The position numbers were made by a program, and so were the translations under genes. Shown piece after piece: positions 1 through 17,520 of a stretch of 64,000 bases of DNA (positions within the stretch are counted from its first letter, which is position 1; each line of letters begins with the position of its first letter). The notes under the pieces are model-generated. The model saw only the letters and a list, made by a program, of their open reading frames with translations, made no database searches and was not told the origin of the DNA. The stretch is taken from the NCBI RefSeq assembly GCF_009914755.1, contig NC_060926.1; one strand, 5' to 3'. The DNA is from the human T2T-CHM13v2.0 reference genome, Homo sapiens.

Positions 1-82
1 GATCTGGTGAGGGTTGGGGTGATGTGTACAGAATAGACAAAGGAGAAGGGGAGAAACATCTGGATTGTATTGAAAAAGGCTT

Positions 83-444
<362 letters not shown>

Positions 445-2550
445 TCATCTTTTGATTGGATCCCTTTACTTCACTTAGACCTGTGTGTCACCTTTGCTGA
501 CTGCAAGGAAAGCTCAGGGCCTGCCAGTATGTAACCCAACAGTTGTATCAAAAGCACATAGGGCATAACAATATCCAAGTAAGTTTCTGAATTATCCTTC
601 TTCAAAACATGTCTATACGACTATGAAGTGTTATCGACAGAGCATATCAACCCTAAACTGTGATTTGTCTCAGCAATGGCAGTTACTGATTTGTAATAAT
701 CAGTACTTTACCTAGTTTAAATCATAATCTCTCCTTGAGCTCTTAAATCCACTTTTGTAATCCATCAAACTAAATGTAAATCCCTCAGATGGTGACATCC
801 AACAACTAGTTATTGTCTTTAGCCAGTTTATATTTTTAACGTACGCAATTAATACTATATATGCCTGTTAGCATTCCAAGATGATTTTTAGATTTCACAG
901 ATGAGGATTGTTCAGAGTTTCTCAGTCTTTTCTGTGAAGTTTAAAAAATCTCTTTGGCAAAAATTCCTAATGTGATAGCAGCTAGAAGAGTAATTTTCAT
1001 TGGAATGACCTTTTCGATGGGTAATTTGACAGACGCTTGATGGACAGCATTCTTCCATCTCTCAGCCCACCTTTTACGTCCTGCCATAAAACGCTGGAGC
1101 AAAATTTTACCTCAGCTGATAAGATTCTCAATAGTCATGTGTTGCATATCTCCCTCAGAGCAGTTCCTCAAATTTTGAAAGCTGTCTTTCTTTTTGAGGT
1201 ATTTTTCATTACCAGGAGAAAATGTTTCTTTTAGGGAGATATTCTAAAACAATAGCACAGGTACTGAACAAACTTCCCAAGTGTCTAAGGGACTCTCTCG
1301 TGTGGCTGTATAGTATTGGTTTGGTGTATTAAATGGCACTCTCATGTACTATAAGAGTTAACACAACTTCCAAAGGTGCCTTTCCTCACAATAAGAGAAC
1401 AGATTTGACTTTGGAAAAAAAATGTGACTATGAAGTACCCAGTTAAAATACCCTAAAAGAAAAAAATGAAAGCACTTACTGGTAAAATGAAGACAATCAA
1501 CTTGCAAATAAATGTGTTTTTAAGATGTGGCCCTGGGGTGACATGCAAATTCAAAAGACTAATATTTTCTCTGGGAATAAAACATTTTGGAAGATATTTT
1601 ATCTTGAATTCTGAAAATATTGCCAGAATAGAATGCTTGTTGATTGATAAAATATGTGCTTTCATGAAGAATATTTCTTATGGTATTACCTTTGTCAAAG
1701 AAAAGATTCTGTAGTTTGGGGAGATAAATTATAAAGATGATACATACTTATTTGTGTATGTGTTTGTCTGTCTTCTCTTTCTAGAAGGTATGTTGATGAA
1801 CTCAGATCATCATCTCTTTTGTCCACTGTTGTATCTGTAGTCCCTGGCACAATGCCTGGTGTGTAGTGGTCAGTCAATAATTATTTGCTGAATGAATGCA
1901 TAAACAAATCAAATTAACAAATTAAACTCTAGATTTTCATCTTCTTCAGAATTTTTTTTTTCAGTGTTCCAAGACTAAGGACTTTTCATTGTCTTTCAAG
2001 TTGGGATCTTAATCTTATTTACTGCTTTTCATACAACAAACGTGTTAAACATGTATCAGAAAAAATTAGAAACATTATCTGTGATTCTTATATAGGGAGG
2101 TGATTTCATTCCATTAGCTTTTTGGGGGGAATTCATGGGTTTGTCACTCTGTTAATCCAGCTGACAAGCAGAATCCAAAGGGTGACAGTTAGAAGGCTGG
2201 AAGGGAAAGGGATTGTTGATGTGGAAATGAAAAATAGACTTCAGGGAAAGAGGTAGTTAGATGAAAATATGGCAAAAGAGAGAGAGAGAGAAACACCTAG
2301 AGTCCAGTGGGGGTCATCACATTGCAGGAGGAGGATGAGGGCATGAAGGGGGTCCTTGGAGAAGTTCTGGAGAGAAAAAAGCTGAGACAAAAAGGAGATG
2401 AAGTTATGGTCAAGCCAGAGAAGACATTGGATTAGCACTGCATGCATGATAAACCAGCCATGCTACTAGTATAATTCTGACATTTTGGAAATATTGAAAT
2501 CCTACATGAAGAATAAATGGTGTCTGTATTTTCTCAGACAATGAATTTGT

Positions 2551-2913
2551 TCAAAACAATTGAACTCATGGACATAGAGAGTAGAAGAATGGTTACCAGA
2601 GGCTGAGAAGGTAGTGGGGGGCATGTGGAGGACAGGTGGGGATGGTTAATGGTATAAAAAATAGAATGAATAAGACACAGAATGACTATGACACACAACA
2701 TGGTGACTATAGTCAATAATAATGTAATTGTACATTTCAAAATAACTAAAAGATTGTAATTGTTTGTAACACAAAGGATAAATACTTGAGGGGGTGGATA
2801 CCCCATTCTCCATGATGTGCTTATTTCATATTACATACCTGTATCAAAACATCTCATGTACTCCATAAATATATATACCTATTGTGTACCCACAATAATT
2901 AAAAATAAAAATA
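2551..2913 (+). mobile_element. 5'-truncated L1MA (L1MA2-like) 3' end
   Basis: L1MA 3'UTR motifs (TTGAACTCATGGACATAGAGAGTAGAA...TGTACCCACAATAATTAAAAATAAAA); TSD AATGAATTTGT at 2540-2550 and 2914-2924. Confidence 0.85.
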
Positions 2914-3214
2914 AATGAATTTGTGACCTAAATAAGTATGCATGACAGAAAAAGAGAACTTTGTTCAAAAATTTTAGATTTGGAAATTGTTCTTCATATC
3001 ATACTCCTGAACTGACTTAGTTTCCACTCACATTTAAAATAACTGAAAAAGAGAAATGAGAGAAATTTACAAGAAATGGTGTGCCCATATTATAGGGTGA
3101 CAGTTAAATGCTGTCCACGCCCTGACACCACACACCCAAAGAAGATTAGATCTATTTAACAATGAAAAGAATGGACTGCTACAAAAAGAAATACGTTCAT
3201 CTCTTTGTTCTTGC

Positions 3215-3690
3215 ATTAAATGAGAAATATTTATCAGGTACTGTTCATGTTCTAGGCACTGGGTGGTAAACCTCCAGCAGTGCACAAGATAGCAGTGGTC
3301 TTTGCTGTCACCAAGTGTACTGCCTAGTATAGGAAGTAATCACAAAAACAGTTTAAATGTAATGTTAAGGGGGGTACAGGCTACAGTCAGCACTCAGGGC
3401 AGTGTCCCTTTACCTAAGAAAGGAGCTGGGGAGGGTAAGTTCAAGGACGATTTTTCAGAGGAAGTGAGGGATTGACCAGGCAAGTGGAAATGGAAAGAAT
3501 ATTTCTAGGATTGCATGCTCAGGAAAAAGAAAAAAGCCAAGTATGACTGCCATAAGGAATGTAAGGTAGGGAAAAATTGGGAGAGAAGTATGGTGAGATT
3601 TTTCTGGAAACCAGGATGGAACCAGAACTGGAAGCACTTACATAGCCAAGGTAAGGAGCCAGGACATTTTACTAGAGGCCAGCGAAAGGA
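3215..3690 (+). mobile_element. L2 LINE fragment (orientation as read not certain)
   Basis: Degenerate L2 3' motifs (ATATTTATCAGGTACTG...CTAGGCACTGGG; AGCCAAGGTAAGGAG); boundaries approximate. Confidence 0.5.
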
Positions 3691-5558
3691 TTTATTTTTA
3701 AATTAAATATTGAATTTGAGAGTTTTCTAAAACTGTGGTATGTATGAAGAGAAGCAACGCAGTGAGCACCCATGTAACTAACACCTGATTTGAGAAACTG
3801 GGCTGTCATTATCTTTGAAGTCCCCTCTGTACCCCTTGCTAATTCCATCTATTTCACTTTTCTGTGGAATAATCATTCCTTTGCTTTTCTTTATAATTTT
3901 ACCATGAATTTTCATATCTCTATGGAGTTCATTGTTTAGTTTTGTGTGATTTTGAGCTTTATAAATGGAAGTATACTGAAAATTTTTTCTGTACCTTTTT
4001 CTCCTTAATATTGCACTCCTAAGGAGTATCATGTTGTTGAATGTAGCCCATTATCCATTCATTTCATTGCAGTATAGTTTCCTTTTTTAAAAAAATGGAT
4101 ATTTGCATTATTTCCAGGTTTTTGCTCTTACATGCAGCATAACTATAAACCACCTTCTTCACATAGTCAATGAACATATAACAATTTTCTCTAGGTAAAT
4201 ATACTTAGAATGAAATTGTTTGTTTATAGAATATATTACTTTTGAAATATATTAGATAATGCCAAATTGCTTCCCACAGTAATTTTACTAATTCTTTAAA
4301 CTACTAAATGTAAAATAGAATTCCAGTTTTTACATGGTCAGCAAAACAATATAGCTAGATTTTAAATTTTCGCCAATTTTATGGATATGAAATATTTCAT
4401 TGTGATTGAGCTCAAGCATATTTTAATGTAATTATTGACCATTCAGATTTACTCTTCTGTGATGTTCCTGGTAAGATTTTTGACAATTTTTTTACTCATT
4501 GATTTGCAGGAACTCTTTAAAAACATTTTTTTTTTTTTACTGATAATAATTGTACGTATTTTTGGAGTACATGTGATATTTGATATATGCATACAATGCA
4601 TAATGATCACTTCAGGATTATTAGCGTATCACCTCAAACATATCATGTTTCTTTGTGTTGGGAACATTTTGAATATTCTCTTTTAGCTATCTTGAAATAT
4701 ACAACAAATTATTGTTAACTATAGTCACCGTACCATGCTGTTGAACACTAGAACTAATTGTATGTTGATACCCATTAACAAACCTTTCTTTCTCCCTCCC
4801 ACTTTCCAGACTCTAGTAACTATCATTCTACTCTCTGATTCACAGGAATTATTTACATATTAAGAACACTAATCATTTGTAGATTGTATCTGTCTGTGTG
4901 TGTATGTGTGTGTGTGTATGCTACAAATATCTTGCCCCAGTTGATGACTTGTCTTCTCTTCCTGTATGTTTTTTGATGACCAGGAATTCTTGATTTTAAT
5001 AGAGTCAACATTTTTATGTTTGAATATTTTGTATCTTATTTAAGAAATCTTTCCCTACCTAAAGCCATAGAGAGACTCTTCTACTTTATATAAAAGTTTC
5101 ATAATTTTGTCTGTTTAAAAGTTTACTTTACATAGGATAACTTTTTATTTTAGCATATGGTGTGACATAGGGGTACAGCTTTTCCACCATACACGTGATC
5201 AATTGTCAGGCATCATTTATTATAAAGCCTGTCATTTCTATACAGAAACACACAGCTATTATAATTCTGTGAAATTCAAATGTCTTAGTATTTCTGTGTC
5301 TGCTTCTGGATGCTCTAAACTATTTCAGTTGTCATTCTTTTTTTTTTATTATTATACTTATATAAGTTTTAGGGTACATGTGCACATTGTGCAGGTTAGT
5401 TACATATGTATACATGTGCCATGCTGGTGCGCTGCACCCACTAACGCATCATCTAGCATTAGGTATATCTCCCAATGCTATCCCTCCCCCCTCCCCCCAA
5501 CCCACCACAGTCCCCAGAGTGTGATATTCCCCTTCCTGTGTCCATGTGATCTCATTGT

Positions 5559-9386
<3,828 letters not shown>

Positions 9387-9449
9387 TATGATGTTAGCTG
9401 GTGATTTTGCTCATTAGTTGATGCAGTTTCTTCCTAGTCTCAATGGTCT

Positions 9450-10466
9450 TTACATTTTGGCATGATTTTGCAGTGGCTGATACTGGTTGTTCCTTTCCAT
9501 GTTTAGCGCTTCCTTCAGGAGCTCTTTTAGGGCAGGCCTTGTGGTGACAAAATCTCTCAGCATTTGCTTGTCTATAAAGTATTTTATTTCTCCTTCACTT
9601 ATGAAGCTTAGTTTGGCTGGATATGAAATTCTGGGTTGAAAATTCTTTTCTTTAAGAATGTTGAATATTGGCCCCCACTCTCTTCTGGCTTGTAGGGTTT
9701 CTGCCGAGAGATCCACTGTTAGTCTGATGGGCTTCCCTTTGAGGGTAACCCGACCTTTCTCTCTGACTGCCCTTAACATTTTTTCCTTCATTTCAACTTT
9801 GGTGAATCTGACAATTATGTGTCTTGGAGTTGCTCTTCTCGAGGAGTATCTTTGTGGCGTTCTCTGTATTTCCTGAATCTGAACGTTGGCCTGCCTTGCT
9901 AGATTGGGGAAGTTCTCCTGGATAATATCCTGCAGAGTGTTTTCCAACTTGGTTCCATTCTCCACATCACTTTCAGGTACACCAATCAGACGTAAATTTG
10001 GTCTTTTCACATAGTCCCATATTTCTTGGAGGCTTTGCTCATTTCTTTTTATTCTTTTTTCTCTAAACTTCCCTTCTCGCTTCATTTCATTCATTTCATC
10101 TTCCATTGCTGATACCCTTTCTTCCAGTTGATTGCATCAGCTCCTGAGGCTTCTGCATTCTTCACGTAGTTCTCGAGCCTTGGTTTTCAGCTCCATCAGC
10201 TCCTTTAAGCACTTCTCTGTATTGGTTATTCTAGTTATACATTCTTCTAAATTTTTTTCAAAGTTTTCAACTTCTTTGCCTTTGGTTTGAATGTCCTCCC
10301 GTAGCTCAGAGTAATTTGATCGTCTGAAGCCTTCTTCTCTCAGCTCGTCAAAATCATTCTCCATCCAGCTTTGTTCCGTTGCTGGTGAGGAACTGCGTTC
10401 CTTTGGAGGAGGAGAGGCGCTCTGCGTTTTAGAGTTTCCAGTTTTTCTGTTCTGTTTTTTCCCCAT
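9450..10466 (-). pseudogene. L1 ORF1p, 338 codons, disrupted by R110* (CGA>TGA)
   Basis: MGKKQNRKTGNSKTQ...NHAKM in a single frame, 1017 nt, one internal stop at 10137-10139. Confidence 0.96.
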
Positions 10467-11374
10467 CTTTGTGGTTTTATCTACTTTTGGTCTTTGATGA
10501 TGGTGATGTACAGATGGGTTTTCGGTGTGGATGTCCTTTCTGGTTGTTAGTTTTCCTTCTAACAGACAGGACCCTCAGCTGCAGGTCTGTTGGAATACCC
10601 TCCCGTGTGAGGTGTCAGTGTGCCCCTGCTGGGGGGTGCCTCCCAGTTAGGCTGCTCAGGGGTCAGGGGTCAGGGACCCACTTGAGGAGGCAGTGTGCCG
10701 GTTCTCAGATCTCCAGCTGCGTGCTGGGAGAACCACTGCTCTCTTCAAAGCTGTCAGACAGGGCCATTTAAGTCTGCAGAGGTTACTGCTGTCTTTTTGT
10801 TTATCTGTGCCCTGCCCCCAGAGGTGGAGCCTACAGAGGCAGGCAGGCCTCCTTGAGTTGTGGTGGGCTCCACCCAGTTCGAGCTTCCCGGCTGCTTTGT
10901 TTACCTAAGCAAGCCTGGGCAATGGCGGGCGCCCCTCCCCCAGCCTCGTTGCCACCTTGCAGTTTGATCTCAGACTGCTGTGCTAGCAATCAGCGAGATT
11001 CCGTGGGCGTAGGACCCTCCGAGCCAGGTGTGGGATATAGTCTCGTGGTGCGCCGTTTTTTAAGCCGGTCTGAAAAGCGCAATATTCGGGTGGGAGTGAC
11101 CCGATTTTCCAGGTGCGTCCGTCACCCCTTTCTTTGACTCGGAAAGGGAACTCCCTGACCCCTTGCGCTTCCCAGGTGAGGCAATGCCTCGCCCTGCTTC
11201 GGCTCGCACATGGTGCGCGCACACACTGGCCTGCGCCCACTGTCTGGCACTCCCTAGTGAGATGAACCCGGTACCTCAGATGGAAATGCAGAAATCACCC
11301 GTCTTCTGCGTCGCTCACGCTGGGAGCTGTAGACCGGAGCTGTTCCTATTCGGCCATCTTGGCTCCTCCCCTCC
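10467..11374. promoter_or_regulatory. L1 5'UTR: CpG-rich internal sense promoter (minus strand) and antisense promoter (plus strand)
   Basis: Complete 5'UTR with many CpGs retained and intact YY1 motif (GGCCATCTT at 11352-11360). Promoter activity inferred from established L1 biology, not observed. Confidence 0.75.
10922..11137 (+). CDS. L1 ORF0 (primate-specific antisense ORF), intact 71 aa, with splice donors after 11027 and 11112
   Basis: GCAATGG Kozak context; MAGAPPPASLPPCSLISDCCASNQRDSVGVGPSEPG...RCVRHPFL; donors CAG|GTGTGG and CAG|GTGCGT. Expression unknown. Confidence 0.8.
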   Translation: MAGAPPPASLPPCSLISDCCASNQRDSVGVGPSEPGVGYSLVVRRFLSRSEKRNIRVGVTRFSRCVRHPFL

Positions 11375-12398
11375 TCAGTTGTCATTCTTTCAATTCTTGT
11401 AATTCCATACCCTAACTTTATAATACTCCGTGATATCTGTCAGGGTAGGTTCCTGTGTTGTTCACAGCCAAGAATGGTCAGGCTGTTCTTGGCCCTTTGT
11501 TCTTCCACTTTAATTTTAGAACTGGCCGGTTAAATTTCAGAAGCAGAAACCTATGAGATTTTGATTGGGATTGAATTGAATTTGTAGATTAGTTTGGAGA
11601 GAATTGGCATTCTTACAATACTGAGTCTTCACATGAATGAACATGCTATATCTTCTCTGCATTTATTTACAACTTCTTTATTGCCCTTCAGTAAGGGTTG
11701 ATGATCTCTTCATAAAGTTTTTGTACCTATTTGGATCTATTCCTAAGTACCTGATATTTTGATGCTGTTATAAAGTAAGTTACTAAAATGTTTTGTTTCT
11801 GTTTGTCACTGGCTTAGAGAAATTCAGTTGATTTTTTTAAGCCAGAAAGTATTCTTTAGACTTTCGTGGACACTAATAATTTAACTGAGTCTCTTTTAGG
11901 GGTTTTACACAATTATGTCATCTATGATTGACTATTCTTTTCAAATTATTTTATTTTTTTACTAATTCTTATACTTGTCCTTCTTGCATTACTACACTTA
12001 GAGCTCCAGTGTTGGATAGAATGAGTGATAGCTGATTTTGTTCATAATCTTAATGAAGACTAGTTCATGTTTTTAGTTTTGCTATACATTTATAGATATA
12101 TAATTATTTTATATTAATTTATACTTGTATACACATCTTTAAATATTATAAAATATTTACAGTAATGTAGATATTTATTATTTATATACTTAATATTTTT
12201 ATTTGTTATATATAGTGAGTGTATGTGTATATATATATATGTGCATATATACACATATAATCAATATTGAAAAGTTGAGTCAGCTCTTATTTTCTTATTA
12301 AGGTTATGAATAAGATGACTTGTTGCCACCAATTCTGTTCAGTACTGGAGATCTTAACATAGTAAGGCAAGAAAGACAAATATAAGAATTAGAGAAGA

Positions 12399-12576
12399 CA
12401 CGGGGAGGGGAACATCACACACCAGGGCCTGTCATGGGGTGGGATCTAGGAGAGGGATAGCATTAGGGGAAATACCTAATGTAGATGATGGGTTGGTGGG
12501 TGCAGCAAACCACCATGGCATGTGTATACCTATGTAACAAACATGCACATTCTGCACATGTATCCCAGAACTTAAA

Positions 12577-12648
<72 letters not shown>

Positions 12649-12673
12649 ATATATGTGTGTGTATATATATATA
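12399..12673 (+). mobile_element. Short L1PA (PA5-8-like) 3' end whose tail is (TA)25(TG)10
   Basis: L1PA 3'UTR; TSD AAGAATTAGAGAAGA at 12384-12398 and 12674-12688. Confidence 0.9.
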
Positions 12674-12874
12674 AAGAATTAGAGAAGAAATGAAAAACTT
12701 TTTTTTTAGGTTAAGGAAGTTTCTTTTAATTTCTAATCACTAAAAGTTTTTGATATAAAGGAATGTTAAATTCTACTAAACATTTTTCCATATCCACTGA
12801 GGTGGTTAAATGTTTTTCGCTTTTCATCTATTAATATGATATATTGTATTGATTGAGTAATTATAGTTTTGCAG

Positions 12875-13119
12875 TGTTGCCAGGCTAGAGTGCAATGGCG
12901 CGATCTCGGCTCACTGCAACTTCTGACACCCTGGTTCAAGTGATTCTCCTGCCTCAGCCTCCCGAGTAGCTGGGGTTACAGGCATGCGCCAACACGCCCA
13001 GCTGATTTTTGTATTTTCAGTAGAGACAAGGTTTCAGTGTGCTGGACAGGATGGTCTTGATCTCCTGACTTCGTGATCCAAAGTGCTGGGATTACAGGCG
13101 TGAGGCACCATGCCTGGCT
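12875..13119 (-). mobile_element. Alu (AluSc-like), tail missing, small internal deletion
   Basis: Antisense Alu consensus (TTGCCAGGCTAGAGTGCAATGGCGCGATCTCGGCTCACTGCAAC...). Confidence 0.9.
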
Positions 13120-15003
13120 GATTTTTTAAAATTTAAATTAAACTGGCACTTCTAGAGTAATCTCAAACTGGCAATAAAGTGTAATCTTTTTTATGCATCG
13201 CTGGGTTCAGTTTGCTAATGCTTTCTTACTTTTTTTTTTTTTGCCAATATTTTCTTCAGGATGTCTGTATCTGTTTTTAAGATCATCCTATAATTTCCAA
13301 TTGTTGAACTGCAAACTTCTTTTCAACCCTAAAATCCAATGGTCCTATAATTCATTATCGTTGTCATCATCATTTACCTCATTGCTACAAAAGCACTAAG
13401 GAAAGAAAGGAGATGGAAGGAATGACTCGTTTTGCCTTGTTAAATGGAAGTATATTTAAAATGTGATACTCTCTTAAGAATGATTTTTTTAAAACATTTA
13501 CTTAGAATTTCCATGGTTCCATACTGTCTGAAATTAATTCATGAAACCTTTTTCTATGAGTCTCACTAACTTGCTATAGAATGTACCAAGAAACTATTTA
13601 AAATTGAATTCTGAGCTTTGAACATGTTCTTTTTCAGTTTCACCTGATACCAGTTCCAAGCGCACCCAATCTTTTCTATCCACTGGAGATGAGAACGTTT
13701 TCCCTGTGATGTTTAAACTTAATTCCAGAGCCACAATCCCACTGATAATCATTGTCCTTTTCTCCTATACATTAAAGTGGTCTTCTTAATTGCTATAATA
13801 TTCACAAGGAGCCTATTGGAACTGGAGTACTCTCAGATGAAGAACAGTATTGTAGGTGATAAAGATAAAGTGGTATTGAGAACTACCCAATTTACTTCAG
13901 TGAATTCAATCTTTCTTAGGAAGCAAGTGGTACATGATATATTTACCTGAACTTTTGGAGTGATAAGGAAAATGTTTGGCATGCATTCAGGACCAGAGAA
14001 ACTTTAAAGGTTTATCTCAGCAAAATAGTATTGGAAAAATGATCTATTTACTTATACGATACAAGGGTATTTCCAGTTCTTTGATTCTGGGGGTTTGCAG
14101 AATTGTTACCAATGAGAAATATAAGGAGTGTTCAAGTCACAGGGTTTTTTTTTTTTTATCGTGCTCCTTTTGCCTGTGTGGAAGAGTCATGCATCTGTTG
14201 GGGTACACTGAACAGGCAGCTTTGTGGCCTACTACTGAAACTTTTACTGGAATATTATTATATAAAACACAGACTGACCAAGGCAGATACCACATGCTAG
14301 AAGAGTTCTGGGTAGTACAACATTAACAATATTCCCTTTCCTATGGTAATGGGTGCAGTGGTGCACAGCTTGATTTGCTACATTAGGCTTGTTAAATTAT
14401 GTTTTCAGTGTGGCCACGGCCTTGTGTTTTCTACTGAGTGAGCCTGCTCAGGTGTCACACATAAAATCTGTTGCTGATATTTATTGAGTGTGTGTAGTGG
14501 TTGGGGGACGAGATAAGGTTAGAGAAATAACCTTTCTTAGTTCTGGTTTTTATTAGATTTCCCTAAAAATTCCATGTTTGTTATATTATGTTCCATGTAT
14601 GCCTGAATATATGGCACAGTCACATAAAAAGCAATCCCCCATTTTCCCAATGAGAATACAACCCTTTTAAGGAGATAGATGAAATATCCAAACGTCTACT
14701 CAAGTTTAATTGATTAACTTACTAAGATATACATTTTATAATCATATGCAAACTTTATTTGAGAAATGTTGATCTTTTCCATGCTCACATTTTACAGGTT
14801 CATTTTATTCAAACTTATCACATGGGTTGTTGATATGAATGCCTTCCTATCATGGGAGCAATTTTTTTTAGAGTTTCAAACTGATTTCCTGAGTACATCG
14901 TCCCTACTTCCATCCATATTGCTTGAGACACTGAACTTCTTAAATCTGTGCAAGGTACTGTCACTAGAAGTTTTATCCTGAGACATGCTTTGCATAACAT
15001 TAG

Positions 15004-15453
<450 letters not shown>

Positions 15454-15519
15454 TAGAACCCACTCTAGGGATCCTAACTCTTTCTTTGGTTCTTTTATTA
15501 CTAATTATTCATCATTTGT

Positions 15520-15887
15520 GTTGGAATAGGCTGAACCCCTGTATCTTGGTAACCAAATACAACAGCATTTATTTCCTTTTCATACAGAGCCCTTACATAT
15601 CCTGATGGCTCTCCAGAACAATAGCTTTACTGGGAGACTCTGACCCAGTGTGACAGGCACCGTCAGCTGAAGCTGCACCGTCCAGAATACCTGGCCTTCC
15701 TGGTTGGCACGTGAGAGTGATAAACCTGGGTGGTCTCAAACAGGCAGTTAAAAACTTTGAAGCAGCACATACTGCTTTTGCTGTTCACTCATTGATCAGA
15801 ACACATCAGTGGAAATGGCAGGGAGGCGTAATGTGCTCCTCCCATGTGCCAGGTGGCAGAAAACTCCTTGTAGGGCAAACACCACAC
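15520..15887. mobile_element. Old MaLR LTR (MLT1K/L-like)
   Basis: Degenerate MLT1 motifs (CACTCATTGATCAGAAC...GGGAGGC...CCCATGTGCCAGG...ACCACA). Confidence 0.45.
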
Positions 15888-16924
15888 GGTTGCACAATAC
15901 CCAGCACTTGCACTGGTGGAAAGTTGTTCCAGGCTGATGTGCGCCTTATGACAACAGTAGAGAGCAGCTCCACGATGAGAGAAGCTTTTTAGTGTTGAGG
16001 ACTACATTGGAGACGATGCTGTCACCTAATATATCTCATACATGGTATTGAATGAAGAAAAGGAGAAGTAGAAATACACTGAAATTTAATTGGGCTCCTT
16101 TATGGATTAAATTTAGGAAGAAATCTTGAGAATTTCCCCCTAAACAAAAATATATTTACTCCATTCCCTAATATAAGTAGCTACGATTAACATTCATATG
16201 ACACATGTGAGTAGTTTAAAAACCCAACTGCCTGTCAATTCCCTTAAAGCTTGTCAATAGTCATGTGGTAGATAGCATTTATAGGGTGACAGTGTATGTT
16301 TCTAGCCTACCAGCCAAGCAAGTCATAAATAAGTTTTGGCCGTCTCTCAAACAGCCCTGTTTCATCCCCTTGTAGACTGTTAACTACATTTAAAAAGTAA
16401 AGTCTAAAGCTTTAAATAGGTCACATTCTGGCTCTGACATTTCAGACAGACCACATCATTGAATGGTGCCAGACCCTGTGCTGGCTTTCCTTAATATTTC
16501 TTTAAGATGAAATCTGTCCTATTCCCACCCCTACCCAGCTTCCTCTGCGACTGACATCTTTACCTGGAGGAAAACATTTCATTTTCCCAAGTCCAAATTA
16601 TATGCTTCATTTTTCACAGAGTCATCCTTGTCTCCTCTCTGCTGTCCTGAAGCAGTGCCTTTTCTGCATCCTGGTAGGCTCAACCACTTCTTATCTCTGA
16701 CCACATCTACCTCAACAGCTCCAGAGCAGCCTCCATCCTCTCGCGCTCTGATGTCCTCCTGCCTGCTCTTCTGCCTCCACCCTGCCTGCTCCACAGCCTA
16801 TTCTTAACTTGCAACAAGAGTCCCTCTTCAAAATAGCCATCAGATCAGGTCTTTCCCCTGCTTCATATCATCTAGTGGCTCCCCCTTTCATTCAGAGGAA
16901 AAGCCACATTTCTTACAATGGGCG

Positions 16925-17520
16925 GATTATTTTTCTGTTGATGCCATAAGAAATTACCACAAACTCAGTGACTTCGTATGAATTTATTGTCTTACATTTC
17001 TGGAGTCTCGCCGGGGTAATGCACTCCTCCCATGTGCTGGGTGGGAGAAAACTCCTTGTAGGGCGAACACCACAAGGCTGCACAACACCCAGCACTTGCA
17101 CTGGTCGAAGGTTGTTCCAGGCTGATGTGGAGCTTAACAAGGACTTAACAAGACTGAGTTCCTTGCTAGAAGCTCTGGCAGAGAATCTGGCTTTTTCCAG
17201 TGTGTAGAGACCACCTGCATTCCTTGGCTCCTGGTCCCCTTCCATCTTCAAAGCCGGCAATGGCCGTCCGGTCTTTATTGTGCTGTGCCATTTCGACATT
17301 GACTGCCTTTCCTCCCTCTTCACTTTTATAGGGGACCTTGTGATTACATTGGACTGAGCCATTTAGATAATCCAGGACAGTCTTCCTCTGCTAAGGTCAG
17401 CTGCTAAGCAACCTTATTTCTTCTACTTGCGATCTTAATTTCTCCATAATAGGTTCACAGGTTCCAGCAATTAGGAGATGGACTTTTTTGGGGGGCATTG
17501 GGGGTGGTTATTCTGCCTAG
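16925..17520 (-). mobile_element. MLT1C/D-like MaLR LTR within an L2, carrying a 114-bp templated insert
   Basis: TGCCATAAGAAATTACCACAAACT...CATTCCTTGGCTCCTGGTCCCCTTCCATCTTCAAAGCC...GGACCTTGTGATTACATTGG. Confidence 0.75.

Noticed and set aside
15711-17207. Two similar ORFs (GVM.SSHV.GGRKLLVG.TP.GCT.PSTCTG) as paralogous exons
   Set aside because: Explained by the 114-bp DNA duplication within LTR relics; no splice sites bound the shared segment.
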